Positions 61,077 through 64,000 of a stretch of DNA of 64,000 bases are shown one piece after another. Position numbers and translations under genes: made by a program. The notes beneath the pieces were generated by a model that worked only from the letters and a program-made list of their open reading frames with translations, was not told where the DNA came from and did no database searches. Source of the stretch: Octopus sinensis (lineage: Eukaryota). The stretch is taken from positions 107,074,001 through 107,138,000 of the forward strand of contig NC_042997.1 of the NCBI RefSeq assembly GCF_006345805.1. The letters are read 5' to 3'. Positions within the stretch are counted from its first letter, which is position 1. Each line of letters opens with the position of its first letter.

Positions 61077-64000
61077 CTGTTTTTCGTTTGCGATCGTGTA
61101 ACAGGCACGCGTTTCCTGGTTGACACAGGTGCGGAAGTCAGCATCATCCCAGTCTCCAACACTTCTGGAAAAAGAAAAGAGACATCAGTCTGTCTTCAGG
61201 CAGTCAACCATTCACCCATTCCAACCTACGGTGAACAGTCCCTAACATTAAACATAGGACTACGCCGCACATTTCAGTGGGTATTCGTCGTCGCTAAACT
61301 GCCGACCCCTATCTTAGGAGCCGATTTCCTGCATCATTTCGGTCTCCTGGTAGACATAAAGAACAGACGACTTGTCGACACCACCACCAAGCTTACTGTG
61401 CGCGGTATAGCCGCTCGAATGGACACAGTCAGCCCAACTGTAATGCTTACGACAACGACTCGTCACAGTTCCATCCTGAATGATTATCCAGATGTCGCCC
61501 GGCCAGTTTTTCATAACCAGCCGATAAAGCACGACGTTACCCACCACATCAAAACCAGCGGTCCACCTGTTGCTGCAAGGCCCAGAAGGTTACCACCTGA
61601 TCGTCTCCAGGCCGTCAAGCGGGAATTCCAGCACATGCTCGACCTCGGAATCATCCGCGTTTCCAGCAGCAACTGGTCCTCGCCGATACACTGCGTCCCA
61701 AAAAAATCATCGACCGATTGGCGGGTTTGCGGCGATTATCGATCACTGAATAAAAGCACTATCAGTGATGCCTATCCGGTGCCTTTTCTTCAGGACTTTT
61801 CGAGCTCGCTGCATGGAGCTCGCATCTTTTCAAAAATCGACCTGGTGCGAGCATACAACCAAATCCCAGTCGAACCTGCAGACATCTCAAAGACAGCAGT
61901 GACTACACCTTTCGGAATGTTTGAATTCCTGCGTATGCCTTTCGGTTTACGAAACGCGGCACAGACATTCCAAAGGTTTATCGACATGGTGACTAGAGGT
62001 TTGCCTTTCGTCTATGCCTACATAGACGACATACTCGTGGCCAGTAACTCGGACGAAGAGCATAATCAACACCTTCACCTGCTATTCGAACGTTTACGTA
62101 AATTCGGAATTGTTATCAACCCTACTAAATGTTTGTTCGGAGTTGCTTCCCTTCATTTTCTCGGCCATATAGTCGATAAAAATGGAATTCGTCCCCTTCC
62201 CGAGAAAGTCAAGGCCATCGTGGATTTTCCACCACCCACATCTCTCCGCAAATTAAGGGAATATCTCGGTCTAGCGAATTTCTATCGACGGTTCGTGCCC
62301 CACCTCGCTGAAATAGCGCAACCGCTCACGGATTTGCTACGTCAGCGAACCTGCAAAAACGCAGATATAGCTCTGACCGAAGATCAACTCGTTTCTTTCG
62401 CTGCCCTGAAAAAAGCGTTATCTAGCGCTACCATGTTGGTTTATCCAAAACCAGACGCCCCACGATGTTTACTCGTTGATGCATCCGATTCCGGAATCGG
62501 AGGTGTGCTACAACAGCTTGTTGACGGTATATGGCAACCGTTGTCTTTCTTTTCTAAGCGGTTAAAACCCGCGGAAACCAAATACAGCACATTCAGTCGG
62601 GAATTATTGGCGGCATACCTGGCCGTTAAGCATTTCCGTCATATGCTAGAAGGTACCAATTTTGCCATATATACCGACCACAAGCCATTAGTATACGCAT
62701 TTAACACCAAACCGGATCGCCATTCGCCGAGAGAAATTCGTCACCTCGACTTCATATCGCAGTACACGACGGATATACGCCACATCAAAGGGACGACCAA
62801 CGTGGCAGCCGATGCACTTTCACGTGCGCAGATCAATGCTATCCACACCACGTCTACAATTGATCTGGCACGTATAGCAGCTGACCAGGAGAATGACGAA
62901 GAACTTCTAAAGCTCCGGAATTCGTCATCTCTGAAATTTCAGCATGTTCCACTACCATCATCCACAGCCCATATATGGTGTGATATTTCCACTGGTTACC
63001 AACGCCCTTATGTACCACAGAAATATCGTCGAGAAGTTTTCTCCGCTCTACATTCTCTGTCACATCCTGGTATTCGCTCCACTCAAAAGCTAATATCGAC
63101 CCGTTTTGTGTGGACCAGTATCAACAAGGATATCAGAGAATGGACCAAGTGCTGTGTTGCGTGCCAAAAAGCGAAAATCCACCGGCACATAAAATCACCA
63201 ATCGGTTCATTTTCGCAGCCCGATGCACGATTTCAGCACGTTCACATTGATATCGTTGGACCCCTGCCACCTTCGCAGAACTATTCATATCTGCTAACTT
63301 GCGTAGATAGGTTCTCGCGATGGCCCGAAGCCTGGCCCCTATCTGATATATCAGCAGAAACGGTCGCTAAAACGCTGATATCACAATGGGTTTCGCGTTT
63401 TGGCACACCTGCAACAATTACCACCGACAGAGGACGTCAGTTCGATTCCCACCTTTTCACCGAGCTGACTCGTCTCCTCGGGTGTAAACACACCCGCACT
63501 ACAGCTTACCACCCTGCAGCAAATGGCATGGTGGAACGCTTTCACCGCCAACTCAAGGCATCTATAAAAGCAGCTCCAGACAGTTCTCACTGGTTGGAAC
63601 ATCTCCCTCTCATCCTCCTTGGAATTCGATCCACGATTAAGGAAGAACTGGGATATACTCCGGCCGAACTCGTTTATGGCACAACACTCACCTTACCTGG
63701 GCAGATGATCGAACCTGTTTCACAAAACTTCCCTGACCCACAACAATATGTGCACCGATTACGAACATCCATGTCGCAAGTATCACCCTCAGGCCCTAGA
63801 CAACAGAACGTCGTTTCACGTGTCCCAAAAGATATCAACACATGGACTCATGTCTTCGTGAGGAATGATGGGATACCCTCTCAACTTCGACCACCATATT
63901 CCGGGCCCTACAAGGTCATCAAAAGAGAACCCAAGTATTTCGTCCTCGATATTGGAGGTAAACGAAATACGGTCTCGATTGATCGTTTAAAAAAAAGCTT
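61017..64000 (+). CDS. pol: Gypsy Pol (PR-RT-RNase H-IN), open to the window end
   Basis: [25 protein letters not shown] (62019), [35 protein letters not shown] and VSIDRLK. Frame checked identical at 61017, 62019 and 63972. It is absent from the ORF track, consistent with no stop being reached. Confidence 0.93.

Overview
AT-rich, intron-containing eukaryotic DNA, most likely from an octopod cephalopod. That assignment is inference from the [13 protein letters not shown] zinc-finger style, the SINE families and the microsatellite load. Main content, in order: (1) 1-5.8 kb holds decayed RTE, R4-like, Penelope, piggyBac and L1/Tx1 fragments. (2) About 5.85-28.35 kb is a ~22.5-kb tandem array of at least 12 disabled, apparently intronless copies of an ankyrin-RING-Death-domain (mind-bomb-like) gene. 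The copies share the same stop codon. The array contains two copies of one 3'-truncated hAT insertion and a 100-N gap. (3) Tx1 and Gypsy remnants follow. (4) Two disabled kinesin-14 exons lie on the minus strand, downstream of an apparent duplicate of the zinc-finger gene's promoter/first exon. (5) A TIR-bounded mariner, MITEs, a Helitron, SINEs and RTE LINEs. (6) One intact 542-aa C2H2 zinc-finger ORF. (7) A young CsRn1-clade Gypsy element with LTR, tRNA-Trp PBS, CHCC gag, a -1 slippery site plus pseudoknot, and an open pol running off the window. Everything was read by eye; no database searches were run and boundaries of decayed elements are approximate.
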